Source: Rickettsiales bacterium
GTDB taxonomy: Bacteria > Pseudomonadota > Alphaproteobacteria > Rickettsiales > JABIRX01
NCBI GenBank assembly: GCA_038120515.1
Contig: JAYOLW010000003.1
Coordinates: 25,605 to 83,713, forward strand
Direction: 5' to 3'
Length of the DNA stretch: 58,109 nt
Part shown: positions 1 to 9,829 of the stretch, one piece after another
Position numbering within the stretch: position 1 is the stretch's first letter
Layout of the letters: each line of letters starts with the position of its first letter
Notes under the pieces: generated by a model
What the model was told of the DNA's origin: nothing
What the model saw: the letters and a program-made list of their open reading frames with translations, nothing else
The model's database searches: none
Translations under genes and position numbers: made by a program

Positions 1-10
1 CTAACCGCAC

Positions 11-643
11 TCAACGGGTTTGCTGCACTCGGTTTTCGGTTCTTGTTATTAACTCTTGGCCTAAATAGCAGCCTTTATCAAAAGCTATGGCATTTTGTTC
101 CTTATAACCAAACTCTAGAATTATAGATTTTTCTTTTATAAGCTCATTTGATTCAACAATTCTGTTAGCTATCCTTTGTTGGTGGTAATAATTAATATCA
201 GCCTTATTAAATCCTTCAAAATTAAAACTATGATTGTGTAAGATATATAATCTATAACCTAATTTAGATGATCTTGGATCTTTAAAAACAACTGAACCTT
301 TATCTAAATTATTATTTTCTGTGAATAATTGATAAACCATGCAGTCATCAAGAATTTCAAATTGTACATCACTTCTCAGCTTATACATTTTAAGTTTCTT
401 GGCAAAATCATCACAATCAGATTGTATGATATCAATATATAGAATATCACCTATTTCAAAAACAAAAAAATCATAAAGAAAACGTCCATTTCCAGTAAGA
501 AAACAAGCAAATAACAACTTATTCTTTTCTAACTTTTTTAAATCATTGGTAATAAGGCCTTGAAGAAAGCTAATTTTATCAGCACCTGTGATTTTGATGA
601 TAGCTCGATTGTGATGCTGAACAAATAAATTTTTTTGATACAT
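11..643 (-). CDS. YgfZ/GcvT-family folate-binding protein
   Basis: This uses ORF 11..667. The C-terminal KGCYLGQE motif and the ITGADKISFLQGLITND region are typical of YgfZ/CAF17-type GcvT-like proteins. I prefer the ATG at 641-643 over the TTG at 665-667, which overlaps the upstream gene. The protein stops (TGA 11-13) only 21 aa after the motif, right at the window edge. Confidence 0.65.
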   Translation of the reverse strand: MYQKNLFVQHHNRAIIKITGADKISFLQGLITNDLKKLEKNKLLFACFLTGNGRFLYDFFVFEIGDILYIDIIQSDCDDFAKKLKMYKLRSDVQFEILDDCMVYQLFTENNNLDKGSVVFKDPRSSKLGYRLYILHNHSFNFEGFNKADINYYHQQRIANRIVESNELIKEKSIILEFGYKEQNAIAFDKGCYLGQELITRTENRVQQTR

Positions 644-663
644 ATTGGTAATCCAAAATCCTA

Positions 664-1671
664 TCAAGCAACGCCTTTTGATGTAGAATACTCGAAATGT
701 AATGCTTTATCAGGGAAAACCCTTTTGTAAGCATTATGAGCTGCAAATGCACACTCAGAAAAGCCAACAACAATAAGTTTTTTCTTATTTTTATAATCAG
801 CAATATCTCCAAGAGCATATATACCCTCGATATTGGACTGCATAGTTGATGGGTCAACCTGAATATGCTTCTTATCAATATTAAGTCCCCATTCTGCTAT
901 TGGACCAAGTTCCATAGCCAGTCCATAAAATGGTAACAGAATATCAGCTTCTAAATCTCTAATTTCACCATTTAAATTTTTCACTACAACATGAGACAAA
1001 GCACCATTTTCACCTTTTAGTGAATCCAATTGATAAGGCACAACAAATTCAATTTTCTTATCTGCTACTAATTGACGCATTTGCCTTTCAAGCTCATCAT
1101 GAGCCCTAAATTTATCTCTTCTATGAACTAAATAAATTTTCTCTGCAACAGACTCTAAATTTATAACCCAATCTAATGCCGAGTCACCCCCACCAGCTAT
1201 AACAACTTTTTTGTCACGATAATTTTCAATTTTATTTACCATATATTTTACAGTACCACCAGCTTCATAAGCCTCAATTCCAGGCAGTGGCGGCCTGTTT
1301 GGACCAAATGAACCACATCCACCAGAGATAAAAATTGCTTTTGCTTTGCAAACCGTGCCTTTGTTTGATTTGACTACAAAATCCTCACCATCCTTTTCAA
1401 CTGAAACAATTTGTTCTTCCAAATGATATTCTGGATTAAAAGGTGCAGCTTGTTTCTCAAGATTATCAATAAGATCCTGAGCCTTAATAGACGGAAAACC
1501 AGCAATATCATATATTGGTTTTTCAGGATATAAGGCAGAACATTGGCCACCGATAAATTCTAAACTGTCAAAAACATGACATTTCATGCCAAGCATTCCG
1601 GCTTCAAAAACTGAGAAAAGTCCTATTGGACCCGCTCCAATTACTATTACATCTGTTGATTTAATATCCAT
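664..1671 (-). CDS. Ferredoxin-NADP+ reductase, thioredoxin-reductase-like type
   Basis: The protein is 335 aa. It has an N-terminal VIVIGAGPIG FAD fold and a second dinucleotide motif, VVIAGGGDSALD. It lacks the CxxC redox disulfide of true TrxB. The length is typical of the YumC/FNR type. Confidence 0.8.
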   Translation of the reverse strand: MDIKSTDVIVIGAGPIGLFSVFEAGMLGMKCHVFDSLEFIGGQCSALYPEKPIYDIAGFPSIKAQDLIDNLEKQAAPFNPEYHLEEQIVSVEKDGEDFVVKSNKGTVCKAKAIFISGGCGSFGPNRPPLPGIEAYEAGGTVKYMVNKIENYRDKKVVIAGGGDSALDWVINLESVAEKIYLVHRRDKFRAHDELERQMRQLVADKKIEFVVPYQLDSLKGENGALSHVVVKNLNGEIRDLEADILLPFYGLAMELGPIAEWGLNIDKKHIQVDPSTMQSNIEGIYALGDIADYKNKKKLIVVGFSECAFAAHNAYKRVFPDKALHFEYSTSKGVA

Positions 1672-1684
1672 AATTTAAAATATA

Positions 1685-3910
1685 TTATTCTTCTTTTAAT
1701 ACTTCTCTTCTTCCCGTGTTATTTGGCGGTGATACTACCCCCCTTTTCTCCATCTCTTCAACGATATTTGCAGATCTATTATATCCAATTCTTAATTGTC
1801 TTTGAATATAACTAATTGAAACTTTTTTATCTTTCATGACAATTGCCACAGCTTTATTATAAAGATCATCACCTTCTTCATTATTTCCAATTCCTGACTC
1901 AGAGACATCATCATCAGGACCAGCAGTAATAATATCTTCAACATAGGTCGGCGAACCTTGAGATTTCAGTTCTTTAGTAATTTCTGAAACTTCATTATCA
2001 CTAATAAATGGCCCATGTACTCTAATAATTTTGGAACCACCATGCATATAAAGCATATCACCCATACCTAGTAGTTGTTCAGCACCTTGATCGCCTAGAA
2101 TTGTTCGAGAATCAATCTTTGAAGTTACTTGGAAACTAATCCTAGTTGGAAAATTTGCTTTAATTACGCCAGTGATTACATCTACTGATGGCCTTTGAGT
2201 TGCAATAATCATATGAATACCAGCAGCTCTAGCCATTTGAGCTATTCTTTGTAGATATGATTCGATTTCTTTACCAGCAACTATCATCAAATCCGCCATT
2301 TCATCAATAATTACAACAATAAAAGGTAACGATGTCATATCAAGCTCAACTTCTTCATATGTAGGGTTACCATTATTAGGGTCAAAACCGGTTTGTACAG
2401 TTTTAGTTAATCTTTCACCATTCTTTTTAGCCTTTTCAATTTTTTGGTTATAGCCAGTAATATTCCTAACCCCTAGTGACGACATTAATTTGTAACGATT
2501 TTCCATCTCAGTTACTACCCATCTTAAAACATGAATAGCCTTTTTAGGTTCTGTTATAACAGGTGACAATAAATGCGGAATTCCATCATAAACTGACAAT
2601 TCAAGCATCTTAGGATCAATCATAATAAACTTACATTGATCAGGAGATAATTTAAAAATAATCGATAAAATCATTGTATTAATAGCAACTGACTTACCTG
2701 ATCCAGTAGTTCCAGCAACTAGCAAATGTGGCATTTTACTTAGATCTGCCATTACTTCATCTCCACCGATATCTTGACCAAGTGCAAGAGGAAGATTAAG
2801 GCCACTAGCTTTATATTCATCAGATTCTATAAGCTCTCTTAAATACACAGTTTTACGAGTTTTATTCGGCAATTCAATTCCAAGAGCGTTTCTACCAGGA
2901 ATTACCGCAATTCTTGCTGATACTGCACTCATAGAACGTGCAACATCATCAGCCAAACCAATAATTCTAGATGATTTAACACCAGGAGCTGGCTCAAACT
3001 CAAATAATGTTACAACTGGCCCAGGTTTAATTGCACAAATTTTACCACTTATTCCAAAATCTTCGAGAGTTGATTGTAATTGTTTAGCAAGCGAAACATT
3101 TACACCTAAATTCACAACCGATTGTTTTTGAGATGAATTAGCAGCAAGTAGTCCTACATCTGGAAGTTTATATTGAAAAAAAGATTGCGCATCGCCGACA
3201 TCAAACTCTTTAGCCAGCTTCTTAATTTTAGTAGAGCTTTTAACAATTGTTGTATCAACATCTTTTATTCTTTTACGATGGAACATCTTCTCAAAAAACT
3301 CAGAAATAGTTGATTGAAAAAAATATTTAATTTTTAAAATGTTTTTAAAGATATTAATTGTGTTCTTGAAAAAATTTGCAAATAATTTATTGAAAAGTTT
3401 TCTGTAAAATTTAAAAGAAATATCTAAAGCTTCAGAAAGACAAATAAAAAACAAAATTATGGATGATGAAAAAATCGCTAATTCATTCATATGAATTAAT
3501 AATTTATCAAAAACAAAACTTCCTATATAACCACCATAGCTAATATGATCCCAACTTGATGAAACATCGAGTCGAGACATTAACAAAGCTAATAAAAACA
3601 AAGAAAAAATTCCATTTGCAGCTTTATATAAAAAGAAAATATCGTTTTTCTTAGACATAAAGAAAACACCCCAAACAAACAAATATATACCTATCAGGAA
3701 TGATACTAAACCAAATGTTTCTAATGATAATGAAGCTAAAAAATTATATAATAAAAAAAAGAAATTCTTAAATGTTAAATCATTAAATATCAAATCAGAA
3801 TTATCAAGCGGATGATAGGCAAAAAGAGACCCAACATAAACAATTGAAAATACTACAAATACAAATCCTAAAATTTCAAATGATCTAAGTTTAAAAAATT
3901 CCATATTCAT
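1685..3910 (-). CDS. ftsK: DNA translocase FtsK
   Basis: It has N-terminal TM segments and a low-complexity linker. The motor domain carries Walker A (GTTGSGKS) and a Walker B-like IVVIIDEMADL. A C-terminal gamma wHTH is present (ISISYIQRQLRIGYNRSANIVEEME). The codon at 3911-3913 is TTG, and the first ATG is at 3908-3910. Confidence 0.95.
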   Translation of the reverse strand: MNMEFFKLRSFEILGFVFVVFSIVYVGSLFAYHPLDNSDLIFNDLTFKNFFFLLYNFLASLSLETFGLVSFLIGIYLFVWGVFFMSKKNDIFFLYKAANGIFSLFLLALLMSRLDVSSSWDHISYGGYIGSFVFDKLLIHMNELAIFSSSIILFFICLSEALDISFKFYRKLFNKLFANFFKNTINIFKNILKIKYFFQSTISEFFEKMFHRKRIKDVDTTIVKSSTKIKKLAKEFDVGDAQSFFQYKLPDVGLLAANSSQKQSVVNLGVNVSLAKQLQSTLEDFGISGKICAIKPGPVVTLFEFEPAPGVKSSRIIGLADDVARSMSAVSARIAVIPGRNALGIELPNKTRKTVYLRELIESDEYKASGLNLPLALGQDIGGDEVMADLSKMPHLLVAGTTGSGKSVAINTMILSIIFKLSPDQCKFIMIDPKMLELSVYDGIPHLLSPVITEPKKAIHVLRWVVTEMENRYKLMSSLGVRNITGYNQKIEKAKKNGERLTKTVQTGFDPNNGNPTYEEVELDMTSLPFIVVIIDEMADLMIVAGKEIESYLQRIAQMARAAGIHMIIATQRPSVDVITGVIKANFPTRISFQVTSKIDSRTILGDQGAEQLLGMGDMLYMHGGSKIIRVHGPFISDNEVSEITKELKSQGSPTYVEDIITAGPDDDVSESGIGNNEEGDDLYNKAVAIVMKDKKVSISYIQRQLRIGYNRSANIVEEMEKRGVVSPPNNTGRREVLKEE

Positions 3911-4103
3911 CAATAAATTTCAAGGATTGGTGTTAGATAATTTTTGTATTTAGTGCAAGCTATAAATATATTTTAAAACATCATATATCATTTTATCCTT
4001 TCTTCTAACCATTTAATCTATTACTACTTGAAATATTCTTTACATCTTATTGATTATAACGTAAAAAATTGTCATTTAGAAAATATAATTAATAACATCA
4101 GAA

Positions 4104-5483
4104 ATGCTTGCGAAAGATAACAAGATCTTATATATCAATTTTACCGATGATTTAAAAGATTCAGTTCGATCATATCTTGATGAGAACAATAAAGACAGCA
4201 TTTCAAAAGCATTAAAAATTATTAACCAAGTTCACTACTCAGATATTGCGGCATTTGTTAGCGAAATAAATTATGACAGAAAAAATACTTTTTTATCAAA
4301 TTTTTATGATGCTATAGACCCCTTATTTTTAACAAAATTTAATGACCTTGTTTTAGAAGAAGTTATAGAAATTCTAGGGAGTGTCAATATTGCAAGGATA
4401 CTTTCAAAACTTGATAGTAATGAAGTACTAGATATTATCGAAGATTTAGACAGATCATACCAAGAAGAAATCCTAGAAATAATTTCTCAAAAAATAAAAG
4501 ATGAAGTTGAAATTGGCCTAAAATATGATGAAGATGCAGCTGGTCGTTATATGGATCGGGATTTCTTATCAGTAAACAAATCCTGGAATGTAGCTAAGAT
4601 CAAACAATTCCTTACAACAAACAAACAAAAAATTGATGATGATTTATTTGTATTATTTGTCATAGACAACCTTCATCAACCTCAGGGTTTAATTTTAATA
4701 AGTGATCTTTTTAAATTTAATGATGACGATCTGGCCAAAGACATAATGCATAACCATTTCTACAAAGTTAATGTTGATTGTGATATAGACACTCTAATTG
4801 CTCTCTTTAAAAAATATTCTCTTAAATCAGTAGCTGTCACAGACAAGTATAATCATATGATTGGGATAATTAATTTATATGATATAGTTGAGATAATTGA
4901 TGAAAACGCCGAAGACGATATTCTACATCTAGGTGGACTAGCCGAATCTGATATCTTTGCTTCTATACACAAAACATTTAAACAAAGACTACCTTGGCTT
5001 TGTATTAACTTAATTACTGCTATTATAGCATCTATTGTGATAGGAGTTTTTGATGAGTCTATAGAAAAACTTGTAGCCCTTGCAATACTAATGCCAATAA
5101 TAGCTTCAATGGGTGGCAATGCCGGTACTCAATCGGTTACTATTGCCGTGAGAGCTCTAGCAACACAAGAGCTTACATCTGAAAATTATTTAAAAATTAT
5201 TATAAAAGAAAGCCTGATTGGATTTTCAAATGGTTTAATTTTCGGACTTTTTTGCATGGTTTGTGTATATTATTTCTTTGAAAATATAAATTTGGCAATT
5301 TTATTCGCCTTTGCCACTATTATAACGCTTACAATAGCAGGGTTATCAGGTTCTGTGATACCAATCATAATACATAGATTCAAACTCGATCCGGCAATAT
5401 CCTCTGGCATAATTCTAACAACCATTACAGATGTGGTAGCATTCTTTGTATTTCTTGGCTTCGCCAACTTATTTATTTTCTAA
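4104..5483 (+). CDS. mgtE: Magnesium transporter MgtE
   Basis: The protein is 459 aa with an MgtE N-domain and a CBS pair region. The C-terminal TM domain carries the MGGNAGTQS motif. Confidence 0.9.
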   Translation: MLAKDNKILYINFTDDLKDSVRSYLDENNKDSISKALKIINQVHYSDIAAFVSEINYDRKNTFLSNFYDAIDPLFLTKFNDLVLEEVIEILGSVNIARILSKLDSNEVLDIIEDLDRSYQEEILEIISQKIKDEVEIGLKYDEDAAGRYMDRDFLSVNKSWNVAKIKQFLTTNKQKIDDDLFVLFVIDNLHQPQGLILISDLFKFNDDDLAKDIMHNHFYKVNVDCDIDTLIALFKKYSLKSVAVTDKYNHMIGIINLYDIVEIIDENAEDDILHLGGLAESDIFASIHKTFKQRLPWLCINLITAIIASIVIGVFDESIEKLVALAILMPIIASMGGNAGTQSVTIAVRALATQELTSENYLKIIIKESLIGFSNGLIFGLFCMVCVYYFFENINLAILFAFATIITLTIAGLSGSVIPIIIHRFKLDPAISSGIILTTITDVVAFFVFLGFANLFIF

Positions 5484-5488
5484 TTAAT

Positions 5489-5998
5489 ATGTCAATAATA
5501 CCAGTTTTTACTTTTTATACTATTTGTTATTTGTTGGTAATTTTTAGCTATTTACCTTCTTTACTAAGTATTTTTAATGGAATTTTTCCAATTTTCGAAA
5601 CTGCATTAGCCTTTTTTTTTATTACTCACAAACGCAAATATATCAGTTATTTTTTTCTTCTATTTATCTTTTTAATGATTGATACAATTCAAAATAATAT
5701 TGTTGGCACAACAGCCTTAATATTCTTTTTATCAATGACGATAATGAAAGCCTGCAAGCAATTATTTTTATTTGAAAGATTCAATGAATTATGGATTGGC
5801 TATTGTTTTTTCTGTTTATTAGTTTTTGCTTTAAATTTTTTGATAAATAATTTTGCTTTAAATGACATTGGCTTTTCAATCGACCTCATTATAAAACTAA
5901 GTTTGACTATTTTGTTTTATCCAATTTATGACTATATTATTTTTGCTTTATACAACAAAACTATAATGAAATATCACAATGAGAAATATCTCATATAA
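5489..5998 (+). CDS. mreD: Rod shape-determining protein MreD-like membrane protein
   Basis: It is a 169-aa polytopic membrane protein lying immediately upstream of the PBP2 gene and overlapping it by 20 nt. The IDTIQNNIVGTTAL segment resembles the MreD G-x-D...G..al core. No mreB or mreC gene is adjacent, so the call is moderate. Confidence 0.55.
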   Translation: MSIIPVFTFYTICYLLVIFSYLPSLLSIFNGIFPIFETALAFFFITHKRKYISYFFLLFIFLMIDTIQNNIVGTTALIFFLSMTIMKACKQLFLFERFNELWIGYCFFCLLVFALNFLINNFALNDIGFSIDLIIKLSLTILFYPIYDYIIFALYNKTIMKYHNEKYLI

Positions 5999-7775
5999 GC
6001 AAAAACTTTTCACAAGAAGATTATTTATTGTTACAATTACAAAAGTTGTATTAACTTCTGTTATATTGCTTAGATTAATATATCTTCAAGTTTTTAATTT
6101 CGCAAAATTTCGAACTAGATCTGATAGCAATCGAATTAAAAGCTTTGTTACACCACCGCTAAGAGGCGAAATCACAGATACAAATAATAACAAATTAGCT
6201 ACTAATACAACATATTATCGAATTCTTCTTAATCAGGATCGATCTACAAATATTTCAGATATAATAACTAAAATTGCCAAACTTTTACAAATTCAAGAAT
6301 CTGAAGTATTTTATAACTCATCTTCATCGAAGAGAAAATCATCTGATGGCTATGTTTTAATTCATGAAAATCTAACCTGGCAAGAAGTTGCGAGAATCGA
6401 GGTCAATATAAAGTCTTTACCTGGTATATATATAGAAAAAGCGCAAAGACGATATTATCCCTTTAACGAAATTTCAGCATTAGTGGTTGGCTATGTTGCA
6501 AGCGTTAGTGAAAAAGAACTTAAAAAAAGCAAAAATGCACTTCTAAGTCACCCAGACTTTAAAATTGGTAAATCTGGTATAGAAAAAAGCTTTGAGAATT
6601 ATTTAAGAGGCAAAGCTGGCCTAAAACATTTAGAAGTCGATGCATATGGATATAAAGTTAGAAACCTAACTCTTAATAGCTCAAAAGAAGAAATCCCTGG
6701 AGAAAATTTAAAACTAACCTTAAATATTGAGCTTCAAAAATATACGATGAGCCTACTTAAAGATAAACGCGCATCAGTTTCATTAATTGATATTAATACA
6801 GGTAATATTCTTGTTATGGCATCTTCTCCAAGCTTTAATGCTAATGATTTTGTTGTTGGAATTAACAATGATAATTGGGAACAACTAATTAATAACCCAG
6901 GAAAACCTTTACAAAACAAAGCTATTACAAATCAATATCCTCCAGGATCAATATTTAAAGTAATAGTTGCATTAGCTGGGTTAAAACAAGGCTTTAATCC
7001 AAAACAAGAATTTAACTGCTCTGGAAAAGTAAAATTAGGAAGAAGATATTATCATTGCTGGAAAGAAAATGGTCATGGATCATTAAACCTTGAAGATGCA
7101 ATTAAACACTCATGTAACATTTATTTTTATCAATTATCAAGAGAAGTTGGCATAGATAATATTGCTAAGATAGCCAAACAATTTGGCTTAGGTGAGAAAG
7201 TCGATATCCCCCTTCCTGAACAAAACTCAGGTTTTATACCTACAAAAGAATGGAAGCGCAAAACTCTAAAACAGCCCTGGGTTGTTGGCGACACTTTTAA
7301 TAGCGCTATAGGACAAGGATATGTTCAAGCCACCAATATACAATTAGCAAACCTTTCAGCAAAAATAGCAAGCAATACAAATATACAACCTCAAATAATA
7401 AATAATAACCAAATAACCAATTTTGAATCACTTAATATTGATCCTGAACATCTAAAAACAATTCACAAAGGTTTATATAAAGTCGTCAATGAAAAAGATG
7501 GCACAGCCTATTATAGCAGAATTAAAAACCACAAGTTTCAAATGGCTGGAAAAACAGGCACCTCCCAAGTAGTAGCACTAGAACATAATAAAGACAAAGA
7601 ATTTAAAGACATTGAATTTAATCAAAGAAATCATGCATTATTTATGGGTTATGCACCATTTTACAAGCCAAGATTTGCAATATCAGTTATAGTTGAACAT
7701 GCTGGTGCAGGATCGGTTGCAGCAGCGCCTTTGGCTAGACTGATATTATATAAAGCACAAAAATTAATACAATAA
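5979..7775 (+). CDS. mrdA: Penicillin-binding protein 2 (elongasome transpeptidase)
   Basis: The protein is 598 aa with an N-terminal TM anchor. The transpeptidase motifs are present: SxxK (GSIFK), SxN (HSCN) and KTG (GKTGTS). Confidence 0.9.
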   Translation: MRNISYKQKLFTRRLFIVTITKVVLTSVILLRLIYLQVFNFAKFRTRSDSNRIKSFVTPPLRGEITDTNNNKLATNTTYYRILLNQDRSTNISDIITKIAKLLQIQESEVFYNSSSSKRKSSDGYVLIHENLTWQEVARIEVNIKSLPGIYIEKAQRRYYPFNEISALVVGYVASVSEKELKKSKNALLSHPDFKIGKSGIEKSFENYLRGKAGLKHLEVDAYGYKVRNLTLNSSKEEIPGENLKLTLNIELQKYTMSLLKDKRASVSLIDINTGNILVMASSPSFNANDFVVGINNDNWEQLINNPGKPLQNKAITNQYPPGSIFKVIVALAGLKQGFNPKQEFNCSGKVKLGRRYYHCWKENGHGSLNLEDAIKHSCNIYFYQLSREVGIDNIAKIAKQFGLGEKVDIPLPEQNSGFIPTKEWKRKTLKQPWVVGDTFNSAIGQGYVQATNIQLANLSAKIASNTNIQPQIINNNQITNFESLNIDPEHLKTIHKGLYKVVNEKDGTAYYSRIKNHKFQMAGKTGTSQVVALEHNKDKEFKDIEFNQRNHALFMGYAPFYKPRFAISVIVEHAGAGSVAAAPLARLILYKAQKLIQ

Positions 7776-7784
7776 TCAAAATAA

Positions 7785-7815
7785 AAGCAAGGGCTTACAC
7801 AAAAAGCCCTTGCTT
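7785..7815. terminator. Bidirectional Rho-independent terminator
   Basis: There is a perfect 12-bp stem, aagcaagggctt (7785-7796) pairing with aagcccttgctt (7804-7815), and a 7-nt loop. T/A runs lie on both sides. It sits between the convergent mrdA gene and the 7840..8319 gene. Confidence 0.85.
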
Positions 7816-7839
7816 AGTTTTAAGAATTAAACCCGAAAA

Positions 7840-8319
7840 TTATAAATAAGATGTAATTGTTCCAGGAACATATGATACAGCAACATACTGTGTATCAATA
7901 TGGTAACTAGTATTATAATCTAAACTTTGATTAACTATACCTGTTATAGTCATATTATTAACACCATTGTTGCATGACTCAAAATTCAAAGTAAGGTTAA
8001 CTCCAGTATTAACATTATCAGGAGTTTTTAATGGTACAGATATATCATTAGGAATATTATAACTAACTCCATTATAGTTTATATAGCATGAAAAGCTTCT
8101 ACTTACATTTGCAACAATATCATAACCAGAAACTGTATCAATAGAATCATTTATTATTAAATTTTCGAAAATTACAACTCCACCATTTTCAAATGTAATC
8201 TCAATATCAGCAGCAGTTGAAAGTTCAATATCAAAATTTGTGCTATCGGTATAACTACCAGCATGGGAAACAAAAGAATAAAGGGTAAGAAATAAATAAT
8301 TTAATAGATAAAACCTCAT
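7840..8319 (-). CDS. Secreted hypothetical protein (orphan, beta-rich, N/S/T-rich)
   Basis: This lies within ORF 7840..8364. The ATG at 8317-8319 gives a signal peptide, MRFYLLNYLFLTLYSFVSHA. I recognise no domain. The mature part has two Cys residues and many N-x-S/T triplets. Confidence 0.5.
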   Translation of the reverse strand: MRFYLLNYLFLTLYSFVSHAGSYTDSTNFDIELSTAADIEITFENGGVVIFENLIINDSIDTVSGYDIVANVSRSFSCYINYNGVSYNIPNDISVPLKTPDNVNTGVNLTLNFESCNNGVNNMTITGIVNQSLDYNTSYHIDTQYVAVSYVPGTITSYL

Positions 8320-8399
8320 ATAACCTCGTAAAAGATGATTTTCTAATACTACATCAAAAAACACGCAAAGTCAAAGAAATGTTGCAAAATTGTAACTAA

Positions 8400-8474
8400 T
8401 GGTGACCCCTACGGGATTTGAACCCGTGTTGCAAGCGTGAAAGGCTTGTGTCCTAACCACTAGACGAAGGGGCC
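8400..8474 (-). tRNA. tRNA-Glu (anticodon UUC)
   Basis: The reverse complement folds as a cloverleaf: GGCCCCT acceptor, anticodon stem CAAGC/GCTTG with loop CTTTCAC, T-loop GGTTCAAATCC, and an encoded CCA. Confidence 0.9.
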
Positions 8475-8542
8475 AGTGGAAAATAAAGAGTAAGCATTAA
8501 TAAATTAAACTATATAAAGTTCAAGAAATTTTAAACAAAAAA

Positions 8543-9244
8543 TTATCGCAAAATTGATTTATATATTTCAGAACAAATTTGCACAGGATTATCACTATTT
8601 GTTATAGACCTTCCAATCACTAAGTAGTTTGAACCGGATTTAATAGCCTGATTAGGTGACATTACTCTTTTTTGATCGGAAATGTCATTATTTTGTATTT
8701 CTTGCTCTAACCTTATACCAGGAGTAACAAACTCTAATTTTTTATTAGAATTAAAAGTAGCAACCTCATGAGCAGAACAAACAATAGCATCAAGACCAGA
8801 TATTTCTGCTAGTTTATAAAGATTATGAACCTGATCAAGAGCAGAATATTTAAAACCTACTTCCTTAAGATCAGAATTATTTAGTGATGTTAACACTGTT
8901 ACTCCCAACAATTTAACATTTTTATCAGTTTCGTCTCTAGCACGCTTTGCAGCTTTAAGCATTTCTAGCCCCCCAGACAAATGAATAGTTAACATATCAA
9001 TGTTAAGTTTACATAACTCAGAAACTGACCTATAAATAGTGTTTGGAATATCATGCAATTTTAAATCCAAAAAAACTTTATAGCCTCTATTCGTAAACTG
9101 CAAAACTCCTTCCGGACCATATTTTGAAAAAAATTCCAAACCTAATTTGAAGCTATATACATAATCAGAAATTGATTCAGACAATTTTAATAATTTTTCA
9201 ATATCAACATCATCTAATGCAACTATTATTGGAGAATTTGACAT
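8543..9244 (-). CDS. pyrF: Orotidine 5'-phosphate decarboxylase
   Basis: The protein is 233 aa. It has the catalytic FLDLKLHDIPNT motif and the C-terminal IVGRSI phosphate-binding motif. Confidence 0.9.
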   Translation of the reverse strand: MSNSPIIVALDDVDIEKLLKLSESISDYVYSFKLGLEFFSKYGPEGVLQFTNRGYKVFLDLKLHDIPNTIYRSVSELCKLNIDMLTIHLSGGLEMLKAAKRARDETDKNVKLLGVTVLTSLNNSDLKEVGFKYSALDQVHNLYKLAEISGLDAIVCSAHEVATFNSNKKLEFVTPGIRLEQEIQNNDISDQKRVMSPNQAIKSGSNYLVIGRSITNSDNPVQICSEIYKSILR

Positions 9245-9257
9245 ATAATCGTTTAAT

Positions 9258-9331
9258 TGGAGGCCGGAGGCAGAATCGAACTGCCGATGGAGGATTTGCA
9301 GTCCACTGCATTACCACTTTGCTACCCGGCC
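9258..9331 (-). tRNA. tRNA-Cys (anticodon GCA)
   Basis: The reverse complement reads GGCCGGGTAGCAAAGTGGTAATGC...CTGCAAA...GGCAGTTCGATTCTGCC...CCA. It forms a 74-nt cloverleaf. Confidence 0.9.
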
Positions 9332-9388
9332 AATTAAAGAATTTGGTTTGTATTTAGAAAATTGAACTCAGTCAAGACTATTTTTAAA

Positions 9389-9829
9389 TTAATCATCCAA
9401 TTCTTCACCATAATATTCAACGCTATTACTACCAGTCTCATGCATTACAAGCCTATAAAGCAAATTTCCGGGCAATTCTTTTGCTAGTAATTTCCATATT
9501 ACCACAATAATATTTTCAGCTGTTGGATTTAAAACCTTAAAAATATCTACATCTTTATTTAGATGTTTATGATCCAAAAGATCAACAATATGTTTATTTA
9601 CAATATCTTTAAGTATCGTTAAATTTAATAACATTCCGGTTTCTTCAGATATTGGACCTTTTAGAGTTACCTCTAAGACATAATTATGACCATGACCGTT
9701 AGGATTGTAGCATTTACCATATAAATTCTGATTTTCCTCTACTGACAAATTTTCATTTAATAGTCTATGAGCAGAAGAAAACTCAATTTTTTTTGTAATA
9801 TAAACTATAGGCCGTTTTCCAAATTTCAT
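9389..9829 (-). CDS. 6-pyruvoyl-tetrahydropterin synthase family protein (PTPS/QueD)
   Basis: The protein is 146 aa. It has the FSSAHRL and LDHKHLNKDV motifs. The catalytic segment CYNPNGHGHNY matches the CxNPNGHGHNY form that I recall from animal-type PTPS. Confidence 0.85.
   Translation of the reverse strand: MKFGKRPIVYITKKIEFSSAHRLLNENLSVEENQNLYGKCYNPNGHGHNYVLEVTLKGPISEETGMLLNLTILKDIVNKHIVDLLDHKHLNKDVDIFKVLNPTAENIIVVIWKLLAKELPGNLLYRLVMHETGSNSVEYYGEELDD

Noticed and set aside
11-13. The ygfZ-like ORF stops at TGA only 21 aa after the KGCYxGQE motif, and the few downstream codons (V-R-L) could continue the family pattern. I considered TGA recoding or a pseudogene.
   Set aside because: Other genes here, such as the FNR gene at 664-666, end at TGA with normal lengths, so TGA acts as a stop. 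Only 10 nt remain before the window edge, so truncation versus a naturally short protein cannot be judged.
579-878. A 99-aa ORF straddling the ygfZ-like/FNR junction on the minus strand in another frame.
   Set aside because: It overlaps two well-supported genes, has low-complexity hydrophobic content and shows no motif. It is a typical spurious frame in AT-rich DNA.
3914-4103. A possible Mg2+ (M-box) riboswitch upstream of mgtE.
   Set aside because: The 190-bp region is extremely AT-rich. It has no extended helices or conserved M-box-like G+C-rich segments that I can see.
4853-5467. Antisense ORFs 4853..5119 and 5270..5467 inside mgtE.
   Set aside because: They lie fully inside a strongly supported gene on the opposite strand and have no recognisable motifs.
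9172-9357. A 61-aa plus-strand ORF overlapping the pyrF start and tRNA-Cys.
   Set aside because: It runs through a tRNA gene (its GGRRQNRTADGG stretch is the tRNA read as protein), so it is an artefact.
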